DNA of 63,717 nt, counting the filler. It is 3 parts of 3 records of this genome, joined end to end, with 100 filler letters (N's around TTAATTAATTAA, not from the genome) between each part and the next. Parts side by side here need not be neighbours in the genome. Positions count along the whole stretch, not along the records: positions 9,448 to 33,785 come from SRR31156797_7573; 2 more parts are not named here. One strand, 5' to 3'. Positions 9,952 through 19,272 of the stretch are shown here, one piece after another. Position 1 is the stretch's first letter. Each line of letters begins with the position of its first letter. The position numbers and the translations under genes were made by a program. The notes under the pieces were generated by a model. It saw only the letters and a program-made list of their open reading frames with translations, did not search any database and had not been told where the DNA came from.

Positions 9952-11694
9952 ATGAAAACCCCAAGGTGCTTTATCTTTTCTTTTTTTGCCATTGCCCTTT
10001 TATTGATGAGTTCACTCGCATTTGCCGGCCATGGGGCGAAAGGCGGCCCTCCCAAAGCCGTGATCGAGGGCGGCGACACCATCAACATCTCGGGCATCGT
10101 CCTTGACAGTCACAAAGAGCCCATTAACGAGGCTTCAGTGCGGGTTGTGGTCAACGGCAAGGATATGGAGCATGTGGTGACGGCTCACAACGGTAAATAT
10201 GTGGCCCGTTTCCAGATGGAGAAAGGGCAAATTCAAAAGGCGACCATCGAGATAACGGCCGATAAAACCAGTTTCAAGGGGGTCACCTATACGGTTCAGG
10301 GGAAGGATCTGGCCCAGATGGGGGATCATTATTATATCAGCGAGGACATGTCCCTGGACCGACATCTGGGGCCGGCATTCTGGATCTCCACCATTGTGTT
10401 TATACTGGCCTATATATTGATTGCCTTTGAACTGCTTCACAGAACCGTGGCCGCCATGCTGGGCGCCATTGTGATGCTGGTCATCTCCTACACCATCGGC
10501 ACCATCAATCCGGAATTTCATATTTTCTCATTTGAAAGCGCCATCTTCTCCATCGATATGAATGTGGTGTTTCTCCTCATGGGCATGATGATCATCGTGG
10601 GGGTTTTAAAACATACAGGCGTGTTTCAGTGGTGTGCCTATATTTCATACAAACTGGCCAAGGGAAAGGTTTTTGTGCTGGTGGTCTATCTCATGATCTT
10701 TACCGCCGTGTCATCCGCATTCCTGGACAATGTGACCACCATGCTACTGTTGACGGGGGTGGCCATTGAGATTTCCATATCGCTTGGCATCAACCCCCTT
10801 CACATGCTCCTTCCCCTGGTGCTCGCCTCCAATGTGGGCGGCACCGCCACCCTCATCGGTGATCCGCCCAACATCATGATCGGGTCCTATGCGGGTCTCA
10901 CTTTCATGGATTTCGTGGTGGCCCTGGCGGTGCTCTGCTGCGTCTGTATGGTGGTCTTGATTATTTTCACCAAGTTTGTGTGGGGCAAGGGGTATGCCGC
11001 CGCCAAGGTGGATAATGTACAGGAATATATCCAGGTGCTCAAAGAAAAATATCAGATTACCGATCCCAGGTTGCTCACCTACGGCTTGGCGGTGCTGGGG
11101 TTTGTTATCTTCCTCTTCTTGAGCCACGGCTATTGGCACATGGAGGTCAGCGTGGCCGCCCTTTTGGGTGGTGCGGTGCTTCTGACCATTGCCATGATCA
11201 CGGAAAAGGTCGATTTGATCGAATTGATCGAAAAAGACATTGAATGGCCCACCCTCATGTTTTTCATATTCCTCTTTATTATGGTGGGCGCCGTTGAAAC
11301 CAGTGGGCTTCTGGCGGTTGTCGCCGACTGGATCCTGGAACTTTCCGCAGGAGATTTTGTGATCGCCTGCAGCCTGATCCTTTGGGTGGCGGCCATCATG
11401 AGCGCCTTTGTGGACAACATTCCCTTCACCGCGACCATGCTGCCCATTGTGGCTTACTTGAGCGGTGTGATTCCGGGTGCCGAGAACACCCTCTGGTGGG
11501 CTCTGGCGCTGGGGGCCTGCTTCGGCGGCAACGGTACCATTATCGGGGCCTCGGCAAATGTGGTGACCATGGGGATTGCGGAATCCAGGGGCTACAAGGT
11601 CAGCTTTATCGGGTTCATGAAAACGGCGTTTCCCTTCATGATCATTACCATCATCATCGCCCATGCCTGGTTGCTCATCTTCCGTCCGCAGTAG
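9952..11694 (+). CDS. ArsB/NhaD (SLC13-like) ion transporter with an N-terminal periplasmic beta-sandwich domain
   Basis: SAFLDNVTT, SNVGGTATLIGDPPNI, SAFVDNIP and GGNGTIIGASAN motifs; signal peptide plus about 110-aa soluble domain. Confidence 0.9.
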   Translation: MKTPRCFIFSFFAIALLLMSSLAFAGHGAKGGPPKAVIEGGDTINISGIVLDSHKEPINEASVRVVVNGKDMEHVVTAHNGKYVARFQMEKGQIQKATIEITADKTSFKGVTYTVQGKDLAQMGDHYYISEDMSLDRHLGPAFWISTIVFILAYILIAFELLHRTVAAMLGAIVMLVISYTIGTINPEFHIFSFESAIFSIDMNVVFLLMGMMIIVGVLKHTGVFQWCAYISYKLAKGKVFVLVVYLMIFTAVSSAFLDNVTTMLLLTGVAIEISISLGINPLHMLLPLVLASNVGGTATLIGDPPNIMIGSYAGLTFMDFVVALAVLCCVCMVVLIIFTKFVWGKGYAAAKVDNVQEYIQVLKEKYQITDPRLLTYGLAVLGFVIFLFLSHGYWHMEVSVAALLGGAVLLTIAMITEKVDLIELIEKDIEWPTLMFFIFLFIMVGAVETSGLLAVVADWILELSAGDFVIACSLILWVAAIMSAFVDNIPFTATMLPIVAYLSGVIPGAENTLWWALALGACFGGNGTIIGASANVVTMGIAESRGYKVSFIGFMKTAFPFMIITIIIAHAWLLIFRPQ

Positions 11695-11717
11695 TATAAA
11701 TATTTGAAATTAATCAC

Positions 11718-11753
11718 CCCCTGCCCGGCATGTCCGGGCAGGGGGCTTTTTTT
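11718..11753 (+). terminator. Rho-independent terminator
   Basis: CCCCCTGCCCGG-CATGT-CCGGGCAGGGGG followed by a T run. Confidence 0.85.
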
Positions 11754-11757
11754 ATGA

Positions 11758-11786
11758 TTGACAACCGCTCTAATGAAAGCTAACTT
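11758..11786 (+). promoter_or_regulatory. sigma70 promoter
   Basis: TTGACA-N17-TAACTT upstream of the small ORF at 11824. Confidence 0.6.
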
Positions 11787-11823
11787 AAATGATTAAAATT
11801 TACAGTAACCAAGGAGACACGAT

Positions 11824-11964
11824 ATGGGTTCCAACAGTAAGCAGACCAGCCTTATCCGGGCAAGAAAAGCAAAGAGCAATAAGAAAAACCTCAAGAAAAA
11901 CCAGGAGCGAGTTCAGAAAAATGCCGAGATTCTGAGGGAACTCGCTTCAGAATCCGATAAGTGA
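11824..11964 (+). CDS. Small basic protein (46 aa), absent from the ORF track
   Basis: AAGGAG RBS; MGSNSKQTSLIRARKAKSNKKNLKKNQERVQKNAEILRELASESDK*. Confidence 0.7.
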   Translation: MGSNSKQTSLIRARKAKSNKKNLKKNQERVQKNAEILRELASESDK

Positions 11965-12037
11965 TTGCACGACCCTATCTTTACCGTTCGTGCGTTCGAA
12001 GGTGTGCCGCACAACTCTTTTTCAGGAGGAACGAACA

Positions 12038-12538
12038 ATGAAAGTGCTGGTTTCCTATTACTCAGATACCGGAAATACCAAAAAAGTGGCCGATGCCATC
12101 TATGATGCCATGGGAGAAAGCGAAAAAGAAATCTCTCTGGCGACAGAAGCTTCGAACCTATCCGATTATGACTTGATTTTCTGTGGATTCCCGGTCCAAT
12201 CCATGGGGCTCCCGGCGAAGATGGAAGATTTTGTCAAGGGGATACCCGAAGGAAAGAAGGTTGCATTTTTTGCAACCCATGGTTCCCTCCGGGGGGGTGA
12301 ACTGGCCATTACGGCATTTTATGCTGCGCTTGGTCTGGCAAAGAACCTGAAGGTGATGGGAACGTTCGGTTGTCGCGGCGTTGTTAAACAGGCAATTGTT
12401 GATGCTCTTTTGAAAAAGGCGGAGCACAGGGGCTGGGCCCTCGAAGCACAGAGCGCCGTGGGCCATCCGGATGAGGCGGATCTGGAAGATGCCAAGGCTT
12501 TTGCGGCGGCCATGGTGACAAAAGCCAGGGCTAAATAG
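12038..12538 (+). CDS. Flavodoxin family protein
   Basis: YYSDTGNTKKVA FMN-binding loop, AFFATHG, GHPDEADL; AGGAGG RBS. Confidence 0.88.
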   Translation: MKVLVSYYSDTGNTKKVADAIYDAMGESEKEISLATEASNLSDYDLIFCGFPVQSMGLPAKMEDFVKGIPEGKKVAFFATHGSLRGGELAITAFYAALGLAKNLKVMGTFGCRGVVKQAIVDALLKKAEHRGWALEAQSAVGHPDEADLEDAKAFAAAMVTKARAK

Positions 12539-12638
12539 CAAAGGTCCCGGCGGGTCAACCCCGTTTGTTAATACCAAAAAACCCCAGGGCTGAGCCCTGA
12601 GGGTTTGGCAGGATTAAACCGGGTTCCGTTTTGATCCG

Positions 12639-13853
12639 TTACCCCGCCGTCAATTCATGTATATTTTCTAGTACCGCCTGTGCGAACTCGGGATCATTGA
12701 TGTGGTAATCGAGTATTTTCACCTGTGATCCGGAGATATTTTTTGTCAGGTGATCCAAGAAAACCCGGCGGCCTTCAGGGTTCCAAAGGGGTCCCCCTTC
12801 AGAATCAAAAGCCGAAAATCCTCCCATGGGAACCAGCAAGCGATAGTCTCCTTTGGCACCCTTACACAGTTGGGCCAGGTGTTTGCCTAAAAACGCCGTT
12901 TCTTCATCAGATGCGGAAAGAGCCGTGATGGCCGCATTGTGAACGTGATAAGCGCGGCCGGGGAATCTCTTCTTGGCGTCTTCCAGTGGGCCCGTCACCA
13001 GAAAATCCGCATTGCCGGGCACCAGAACCGTTGGAATGCCGGCCGAAAGGGCCGCCTTTCCCCGGTCTGCCCCCGCGTCATAATCTCCACCGGAAAAATG
13101 ATCCGTGATTTCATGTAGCGACAGATCCACAACCGCAAATGGATTTTCGTGTTCGACCATTTCGTCCATGGCCTGTCCCCCGGCACCCACCGTATGGAAA
13201 ACCACCGGTTCCATGCCGTCCGATAACAGCTGTCCGCGGATTATTTTGATGCATGTTTCAGTGGTCCCCAGTGTGGACAACAGGACCAACGGTTTATTAT
13301 CTGAAGGCGCTTCCACCGGGTAACGGACCATTCCGGCCATGGCCATGGCGCCGTTATGCAAAACCTTTTTCGTAACGCGGTTGAGTCCCGCGAGATCGCA
13401 AACCGAGTGCAGCATGAGGATATCCTTGGTTCCCACGAACCCCCGTGTGTTTCGGGACCCCATGGTGGTGACCATCACTTTGGGGACGCCCACCGGCAAT
13501 ACGCGCATGACCGACGTGCCGAGGGTGGTTCCCATGGATCCCCCCAGGCCGAAGACACCGTCGAAACCACCTTCCCGGTAAAGTTCCTGAACCTTTCGGA
13601 TGGCGCCTTTGATCATGGCGGCCAGGGCGCGGCCCTCGTGGCCCATGTTCTGAACCTTTAAGAGGGTTTCCCCCCCCCATTGAGCCACTTCCTCGCGGCT
13701 CACCGAAACGGGAATGGGGCTTTCACCCATGATGCCCGCATCAATGGTATAAACATCCACCTGGGCTTCTTTCAAACAGCTCATGACAAATTCCGCTTCC
13801 AGGTGTTTGGTGTCCATGGTGGAGATCAAAAGAACTGTGGGTTTGCGACTCAT
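12639..13853 (-). CDS. Tm-1-like ATP-binding domain protein (UPF0261)
   Basis: STMDTKHLE, GLGGSMGT, LPVGVPKVMVTT, DLAGLN and VFHTVGAGG motifs. Confidence 0.88.
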   Translation of the reverse strand: MSRKPTVLLISTMDTKHLEAEFVMSCLKEAQVDVYTIDAGIMGESPIPVSVSREEVAQWGGETLLKVQNMGHEGRALAAMIKGAIRKVQELYREGGFDGVFGLGGSMGTTLGTSVMRVLPVGVPKVMVTTMGSRNTRGFVGTKDILMLHSVCDLAGLNRVTKKVLHNGAMAMAGMVRYPVEAPSDNKPLVLLSTLGTTETCIKIIRGQLLSDGMEPVVFHTVGAGGQAMDEMVEHENPFAVVDLSLHEITDHFSGGDYDAGADRGKAALSAGIPTVLVPGNADFLVTGPLEDAKKRFPGRAYHVHNAAITALSASDEETAFLGKHLAQLCKGAKGDYRLLVPMGGFSAFDSEGGPLWNPEGRRVFLDHLTKNISGSQVKILDYHINDPEFAQAVLENIHELTAG

Positions 13854-14204
13854 TTTTCCCTCCCATTGAATTGGTTTTTGAGAAACTATAAGGAAATATG
13901 AATTCCCAGGCAAGAAGAAATCCGGGATTTTTCCCCTGAGCGTCAAGGAAAAGGGGGACAGCAGGATATGGGGTCTATCGGTAGGTTTGCGCCTGCAAAA
14001 TGATATCATGGAAATTTTCAACCATTCTTGACAAATTTATGCGGATGATTATATTTTTTTTATAAACCTGTAAAACATAATAAAATCAAGCGTTTAAACT
14101 CTTTCTCCGAGATGTTGGAGGAAAGGGCAAGGGTTGGAGATGCCCTCAACTCCACCCGGGCAGAGGCGAAGGCGCCCGGGCTCAATATCTCCGTGTGGGG
14201 CGCC

Positions 14205-15344
14205 ATGGATCAGAAGCGCGATTACTACGACATTCTGGGTATCGGCAAGAACGCCTCGGCCGAGGAGATCAAGAGGCGCTATCGCCGCATGGCCCTAAAA
14301 TACCATCCGGACCGGAACCCAGGCGACAAGGGTGCAGAGTACTGTTTCAAAGAGGCGGCTGAAGCCTATGAGGTCCTGCGTCATCCTGAAAAACGTCAAC
14401 TGTATGACCATTATGGTCATGCAGGGCTTCAAGGAACCGGCTTCAAAGGCTTCAGGGGTTTTGACGATATATTTTCCTCTTTCGGAGATATTTTTGAAGG
14501 CATTTTCGGTTTTGGTAGCGGGGCGGCTTCTCGCAGCCGGGCAAGGAAGGGGGCCGATCTTCAATACGATTTGAAGATCAGTCTCATGAATGCGGCCTTT
14601 GGCGTGGAAAAAGAGATCGACATATCAAGAAAAGAGTTCTGTGGAAGTTGTAACGGCTCGGGCCTGGAGTCCGGTTTTCAGAAGGAAATATGCCGGGCCT
14701 GTGGCGGTACGGGCCAAGTTGTGAGATCCGAGGGGCTTTTCCGCTTGGCTACAACGTGTAAAAGTTGTAGAGGTTTCGGTGAGTTGATCACCCATCCCTG
14801 TAACCGATGCAGAGGGTCGGGACGTATTCAAGTAATAAAACGGATCGACGTCAAGGTTCCACCAGGTGTGAACAGTGGCATAAGCCTGAAGTTGGCAGGC
14901 GAAGGAGAACCCAGCTTCAATGGGGGGCCTCCCGGCGACCTTTATGTTCACATGTATGTTGAAGATCACGATTTCTTTGAAAGGCGAGAGGATGAAGTCA
15001 TTTGCCGTGTCCCTATTTCCTTTGTGGATGCCGCATTGGGAACGACTATGGAGATCCCTACGCTTGAAGGATCAGAAGAAGTGCATATCCCCAGAGGGAC
15101 TCAACCGGGGGATGTGTTGAGATTAAGGGAGAAAGGGATTCCAAGATTGCGGGGCCGGGGACGGGGAGACCAGATCGTCTTTCTGGATGTTCGAATACCC
15201 ACCCGCCTCAGCAAGGAGCAGGAAGAACTGCTTCGGGGCTTAGCAGAGCTGGAAAAGGTAGAAAGAAACGACAAGTCCCACCTCTGGGGATTTTTCACAA
15301 GAAAGAAACATGCTGAGAATTACGCTAAAAATTCCATGAATTAG
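14205..15344 (+). CDS. dnaJ: Chaperone DnaJ
   Basis: J-domain with HPD, G/F region, four CxxCxGxG repeats and C-terminal domains; start MDQKRDYY. Confidence 0.93.
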   Translation: MDQKRDYYDILGIGKNASAEEIKRRYRRMALKYHPDRNPGDKGAEYCFKEAAEAYEVLRHPEKRQLYDHYGHAGLQGTGFKGFRGFDDIFSSFGDIFEGIFGFGSGAASRSRARKGADLQYDLKISLMNAAFGVEKEIDISRKEFCGSCNGSGLESGFQKEICRACGGTGQVVRSEGLFRLATTCKSCRGFGELITHPCNRCRGSGRIQVIKRIDVKVPPGVNSGISLKLAGEGEPSFNGGPPGDLYVHMYVEDHDFFERREDEVICRVPISFVDAALGTTMEIPTLEGSEEVHIPRGTQPGDVLRLREKGIPRLRGRGRGDQIVFLDVRIPTRLSKEQEELLRGLAELEKVERNDKSHLWGFFTRKKHAENYAKNSMN

Positions 15345-15566
15345 AATTTGCGATGATAGCGGATATATTGTAGAATTAATGGGAACCTTCCTGATGGGCC
15401 ATATGGCCATGATCTAGGGTTGAAGATCCCATAACCCCATAAAATAACCCATCCAAAAGATAACTCCCGGAAAAATATGTCCTGGTCCTTACCTGGCCCG
15501 AAATTTGAAATTTATCCTTAAAGACCTATATTATGGATATATAAAAAAATCTTTATAGGGTTACTA

Positions 15567-16721
15567 ATGATGTCGAAATATTCAACCAAGACCGTATGGC
15601 TTGTTCTGCTGCTTGTCTTTCTTTTCTTATGGTTCAAAAAAGAGGATAGATCATTTTTTCCGGAAAAAAGACCCACGGTGGAATCCTTGGATTTTAATTC
15701 TCCCGAACCTTCACTGGTGGCACAACCGGCTGTTTACTCTTCAGATGAGAAAATCAATGTGGATGTGTTTGAAAAAGTTCATCCGGCTGTGGTCAATATC
15801 AGTACCACAACCCTCGGCATGAACTTCTGGATGGAAGTCATTCCGAGGCAGGGTCAGGGATCCGGTTTTATTATTGATCGAAGGGGTTATATCCTGACCA
15901 ACAACCATGTGGTGGCCAAGGCTCAGAAGCTGACGGTTACCACGGTGAATGGGAAAAAAATTGAAGCGACCCTGGTGGGACGGGATCCTCGAACCGACCT
16001 CGCGGTGATTCGCATTCCCCCCGGCGATGTGGAGGCGGTGGCCACCCTGGGAGACTCGGACAACCTTCTCCCCGGCCGAAAAGCCATTGCCATCGGGAAC
16101 CCGTTCGGCCTTTCCCATACCCTGACCACCGGCATTATCAGCGCGCTTCATCGAAGTATCAGGACAGAAGACGGCAACGAGATCGAAGACCTGATACAGA
16201 CGGATGCCGCCATTAATCCGGGGAATTCAGGCGGACCCCTTCTGGATTCAAACGGTCATGTCATCGGGATCAACACGGCCATTTTCAGCCTTTCGGGAGG
16301 ATACCAGGGGATCGGTTTTGCAATTCCCATCAACCTGGCCAGGCGGGTGGCAACACAGTTGATTACTTCCGGAAGGGTGGCCAGGCCCTGGCTCGGCATT
16401 TCCGGGCTTTCCCTGAGTCCTTCGTTGGCTGAGGGGCTGGGGATTCATGTGTCCAAAGGCGTGCTGGTGGTTCAGGTGGTACGGGGAGGACCCGCACATC
16501 AGGCCGGGCTGAGGGGTGGAAACCGGGAAGTGGTGATCAGGGGAATCAGGCTCCGTCTGGGAGGCGATATTATCACTCATATTGACGGCATCGCCGTAAA
16601 TGATATGCAACAATTGGTTCAGCAGGTTGAGCAGATGAAAGTGGGAGAGGCGGTGGATTTGGGAATTCTGAGAAAGGGTTTCACAAAGCGGATCCGCGTG
16701 TTGCTTTCCGAACGACCCTGA
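15567..16721 (+). CDS. HtrA/DegP-family serine protease (S1C) with one PDZ domain, membrane anchored
   Basis: TNNHVV, TDLAVI, QTDAAINPGNSGGPL; C-terminal PDZ. Confidence 0.92.
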   Translation: MMSKYSTKTVWLVLLLVFLFLWFKKEDRSFFPEKRPTVESLDFNSPEPSLVAQPAVYSSDEKINVDVFEKVHPAVVNISTTTLGMNFWMEVIPRQGQGSGFIIDRRGYILTNNHVVAKAQKLTVTTVNGKKIEATLVGRDPRTDLAVIRIPPGDVEAVATLGDSDNLLPGRKAIAIGNPFGLSHTLTTGIISALHRSIRTEDGNEIEDLIQTDAAINPGNSGGPLLDSNGHVIGINTAIFSLSGGYQGIGFAIPINLARRVATQLITSGRVARPWLGISGLSLSPSLAEGLGIHVSKGVLVVQVVRGGPAHQAGLRGGNREVVIRGIRLRLGGDIITHIDGIAVNDMQQLVQQVEQMKVGEAVDLGILRKGFTKRIRVLLSERP

Positions 16722-16847
16722 TTCCGGGGAAATATTCATAAAAAATAAAAATGAATTGACCGTAAGCAGCAAAAGTGGTTAATCTTAGGGAGTAATTTTA
16801 ACCGAAGGAAAGATGCGCTCATTCAAACATCAGTTGGATTTGCCAAC

Positions 16848-17609
16848 ATGGGAACTGTTATTTCCATATCGAGCCAGAAGGGGGGGGTTGGAAAGACGAC
16901 CACGGCAGTCAACCTTTCGGCGGCCCTGGCTTTGTTGGAAAAAAAAGTGCTTCTGGTTGATTTGGACCCCCAGGGGCATACCACATCAAGCTTCGGTATT
17001 GACAAAACAACGCTTAATAAAAACATGTATCACGCCCTTCTTGATGGTGCCGCCCCCCAAGAGATTCTCCTCCAAACCACTCTGGCTTTTTTAAAGTTGC
17101 TGCCCGCCCGCATGGAACTGTTCAGGGCGGAAGTTGACCTGATGAAATCCCCCGACAAGGAAAAAAAACTTCGGTATTTTCTGGACCGGATAAAAGACTC
17201 TTTTGATTATATTATTCTGGATACACCCCCTTCTTTGGGACTTCTCACCTTTAGCGCCCTTACGGCGGCGGATTTGCTGCTGATTCCCATGCAATGTGAA
17301 GCATATGCCCTGGACGCGGTTGCGCCTTTGATACAAGTCATGGACATCATCAAAAAAACCGGCAATCAGCGCCTTCGGATGGGGGGGATCTTATTGACCA
17401 TGTTTGACGTGGGAGAAAGCGTTTGTCAACGTATTTGTGAGGCTGCCAGGGAGCGGTTCGGCCGTCTGTTGTTTAAAACGGTGATACCCAGGAATAGGGC
17501 ATTAAAAAACGCGCCCATAATGGGTAATCCGATTTTTCTTCAGGATGTGGGCGCCTTCGGTGGCAGGTGTTATCTAAATCTTGCAGAAGAAGTCCTGCAT
17601 TTAAAGTGA
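16848..17609 (+). CDS. ParA/Soj family ATPase (orphan, no parB nearby)
   Basis: KGGVGKTT deviant Walker A, DLDPQG, DTPPSLG. Confidence 0.88.
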   Translation: MGTVISISSQKGGVGKTTTAVNLSAALALLEKKVLLVDLDPQGHTTSSFGIDKTTLNKNMYHALLDGAAPQEILLQTTLAFLKLLPARMELFRAEVDLMKSPDKEKKLRYFLDRIKDSFDYIILDTPPSLGLLTFSALTAADLLLIPMQCEAYALDAVAPLIQVMDIIKKTGNQRLRMGGILLTMFDVGESVCQRICEAARERFGRLLFKTVIPRNRALKNAPIMGNPIFLQDVGAFGGRCYLNLAEEVLHLK

Positions 17610-17622
17610 AGGAGTGAACCAC

Positions 17623-18111
17623 ATGAGAGTCGCAAATCCCGAAGCCATTCGAAAAGGAGAAAAAGCGCTGGCTGAAGCCATTGCTTCGAATTTTGACCGC
17701 AGTGTGATCCGGAAAATTTTTAAAAGGGTTCATAATCTGGATGTGGGGGAAGATGTTAATTGCAAGCATGCATCCATGGGGGTTCATGGGGATGAAGTGG
17801 CCTATTCAATGAATTTTGAAGTTTTGGTGAATCTTTCCGTATTTCTGGACAGATCAGGAAATTTCATTTCCATTTCCAGCAGCGGTGTTGCCCCTGAACT
17901 CTCACCCCAAACCGAAAAACCGATGGTGGAGGAGCCTGAAGGTCAGGAGCCTGAAGGTCCCCATGTGGGGGAAATGGCAGTTGCTGAGCCCCAAAAGGTA
18001 AAGGCACGGGAGAGGGATGCATCTTCTCCGGGGGGAAGCTATGAAGAGGCTTTGAAGGCATTTGCGCCCATTGAATCCGGATCTGAGACGGCCACCTTTT
18101 CTGATCTGTGA
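17623..18111 (+). CDS. Hypothetical protein with an acidic low-complexity tail
   Basis: ORF with AAGGAG RBS directly after parA; resembles a conserved Desulfobacterota hypothetical (recognition only). Confidence 0.7.
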   Translation: MRVANPEAIRKGEKALAEAIASNFDRSVIRKIFKRVHNLDVGEDVNCKHASMGVHGDEVAYSMNFEVLVNLSVFLDRSGNFISISSSGVAPELSPQTEKPMVEEPEGQEPEGPHVGEMAVAEPQKVKARERDASSPGGSYEEALKAFAPIESGSETATFSDL

Positions 18112-18113
18112 GT

Positions 18114-18435
18114 TTATTTTTGCGTGAGTGCAAATGTTGAGGTCCAATGCTCCATGTATGGCTTGATTTCAAGCCCGCCTGTTTCCTGGAGCAGTTCCAT
18201 CCCCATGGTCGCCGCGAAAAACAGCATGATCCCCATGCCCATTGCCAGGCCGGGTTTGAAAGCCTTTCGCGCTTTAATGAGCATCATGCCGGGCAGTATG
18301 TCGAATACCATTCCGATACCCACGCCCCCCGCCACATTCAAAGCCATTTTGAAACAGTGAAGGCAGCCCTTCCCGCCATTCCGCCTAAAATGGGCAACCC
18401 CAGGATTCCCGCACCGATGGTATTGCCGTAATCAT
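18114..18435 (-). pseudogene. Remnant of an aromatic amino-acid permease (TyrP/Mtr, HAAAP-like): N- and C-terminal pieces only
   Basis: Frameshifted MIT/GNTIGAGILGLPI N-terminal motif joined to ALNVAGGVGIGMVFDILPGMMLIKARK C-terminal-like segment. Confidence 0.55.
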
Positions 18436-18469
18436 ACGTGATTCCTCTCTTATGAGAATCGGAACATGA

Positions 18470-18509
18470 TGTTTCATGAGACAGGTATGTATCAATGTTA
18501 AATGAGACA
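18470..18509. promoter_or_regulatory. Tandem upstream activator sites (putative sigma54 enhancer-binding-protein sites)
   Basis: TGTTTCATGAGACA (18470-18483) and TGTTAAATGAGACA (18496-18509); identical 14-mer at 25583. Confidence 0.65.
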
Positions 18510-18843
18510 TCTTTGTCCGCCTGTTTGGGGGAAAATGAGAGCCCTTTGGAATGCTTTTTTTGCTAAACTATTTGATTTAAAGATTATTTTTATATTTCCT
18601 GCAACTGTTCCATCTCATTTTTTTACGAGCCATTTTTTCACTCTGAGTTATTTTGCCGAGAGTCCCCATTTAAATATCTGAAAAATTAACAAAAACAATG
18701 TGTTGTCATTATATATTGCGACACTTCTGTCTCAAGGGCCAAGATTTCCAGGTGGTAGGTTGTTAAGCATAAGGTAGCCCTAACGGCATAACTAATTGAA
18801 AGTTAAGGCATTATGTGTATATCTGGCCCGTACCGGCGTGTCC

Positions 18844-18859
18844 TGGCACACAAACTGCT
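18844..18859 (+). promoter_or_regulatory. sigma54 (-24/-12) promoter of the rubredoxin-cooS cluster
   Basis: TGGCACACAAACTGCT with GG-N10-GC; IHF-like site TTTCAA-N4-TTA (minus strand) at 18789-18801. Confidence 0.75.
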
Positions 18860-18978
18860 TCACTGCATTAGAGGGTGTAATATGTTCATATATTTTGATG
18901 TTGACGAATATTTCAAAGGAAGCGTGTGAGTTATTTTCGCGAGAGAGCCTTTTTTTTGAAGGGAGGTAAAAATAGGTT

Positions 18979-19176
18979 ATGGCAAAGGAAGGTTATAGAA
19001 AGGTTCACGTCTACCAGTGTCCATGCGGTTATGGTTATGAACCGGAAAAGGGATGTAAAGAAGCAGGTGTTGAACCGGGGGTTCCATTTGAGGCGCTTCC
19101 GGACCAACTCACTTGCCCAAGGTGTCAGAGGGCAAAAATACATTTTAGAGAGAAACGTTTTTCGGTCAAAGAATAG
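18979..19176 (+). CDS. Rubredoxin-like protein (CxCG...CxxC)
   Basis: [14 protein letters not shown]...[26 protein letters not shown]. Confidence 0.85.
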   Translation: MAKEGYRKVHVYQCPCGYGYEPEKGCKEAGVEPGVPFEALPDQLTCPRCQRAKIHFREKRFSVKE

Positions 19177-19272
19177 GGCTGTGATCAATGTGTTCTTTTT
19201 TGACCGTTTTCACGTTAATCAAAAAGAAGGTAGATTCCTCCACGAAGGGGGATATTAACAAAGGAGGCAAAT

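Noticed and set aside
10744-11664. Long antisense ORFs (also 19609-20520, 43956-44759, 45970-47013, 52190-53083)
   Set aside because: Shadows of well-supported genes on the opposite strand in GC-rich DNA, with no motifs apart from the short Phd relic at the start of 52190.
14118-14165. GAGGAAAG...CTCCAC...GGGCAG resembling the start of RNase P RNA
   Set aside because: Lacks GAGGAAAGTCC and the 3' conserved block, is too short, and runs into dnaJ.
16848-17609. ParA as a sign of a plasmid or replication origin
   Set aside because: No parB, parS, rep or dnaA is seen; orphan Soj-like ATPases are common on chromosomes.
17931-17959. 15-bp tandem duplication GGAGCCTGAAGGTC(A/C)
   Set aside because: Ordinary slippage duplication in a disordered acidic tail.
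18704-18723. TGTCA...CGACA upstream of cooS as a CooA box
   Set aside because: Half-sites are 10 nt apart rather than the 6 nt of CooA/CRP-family sites, no cooA gene is present and the promoter is sigma54 type. It is more likely another degenerate enhancer site.
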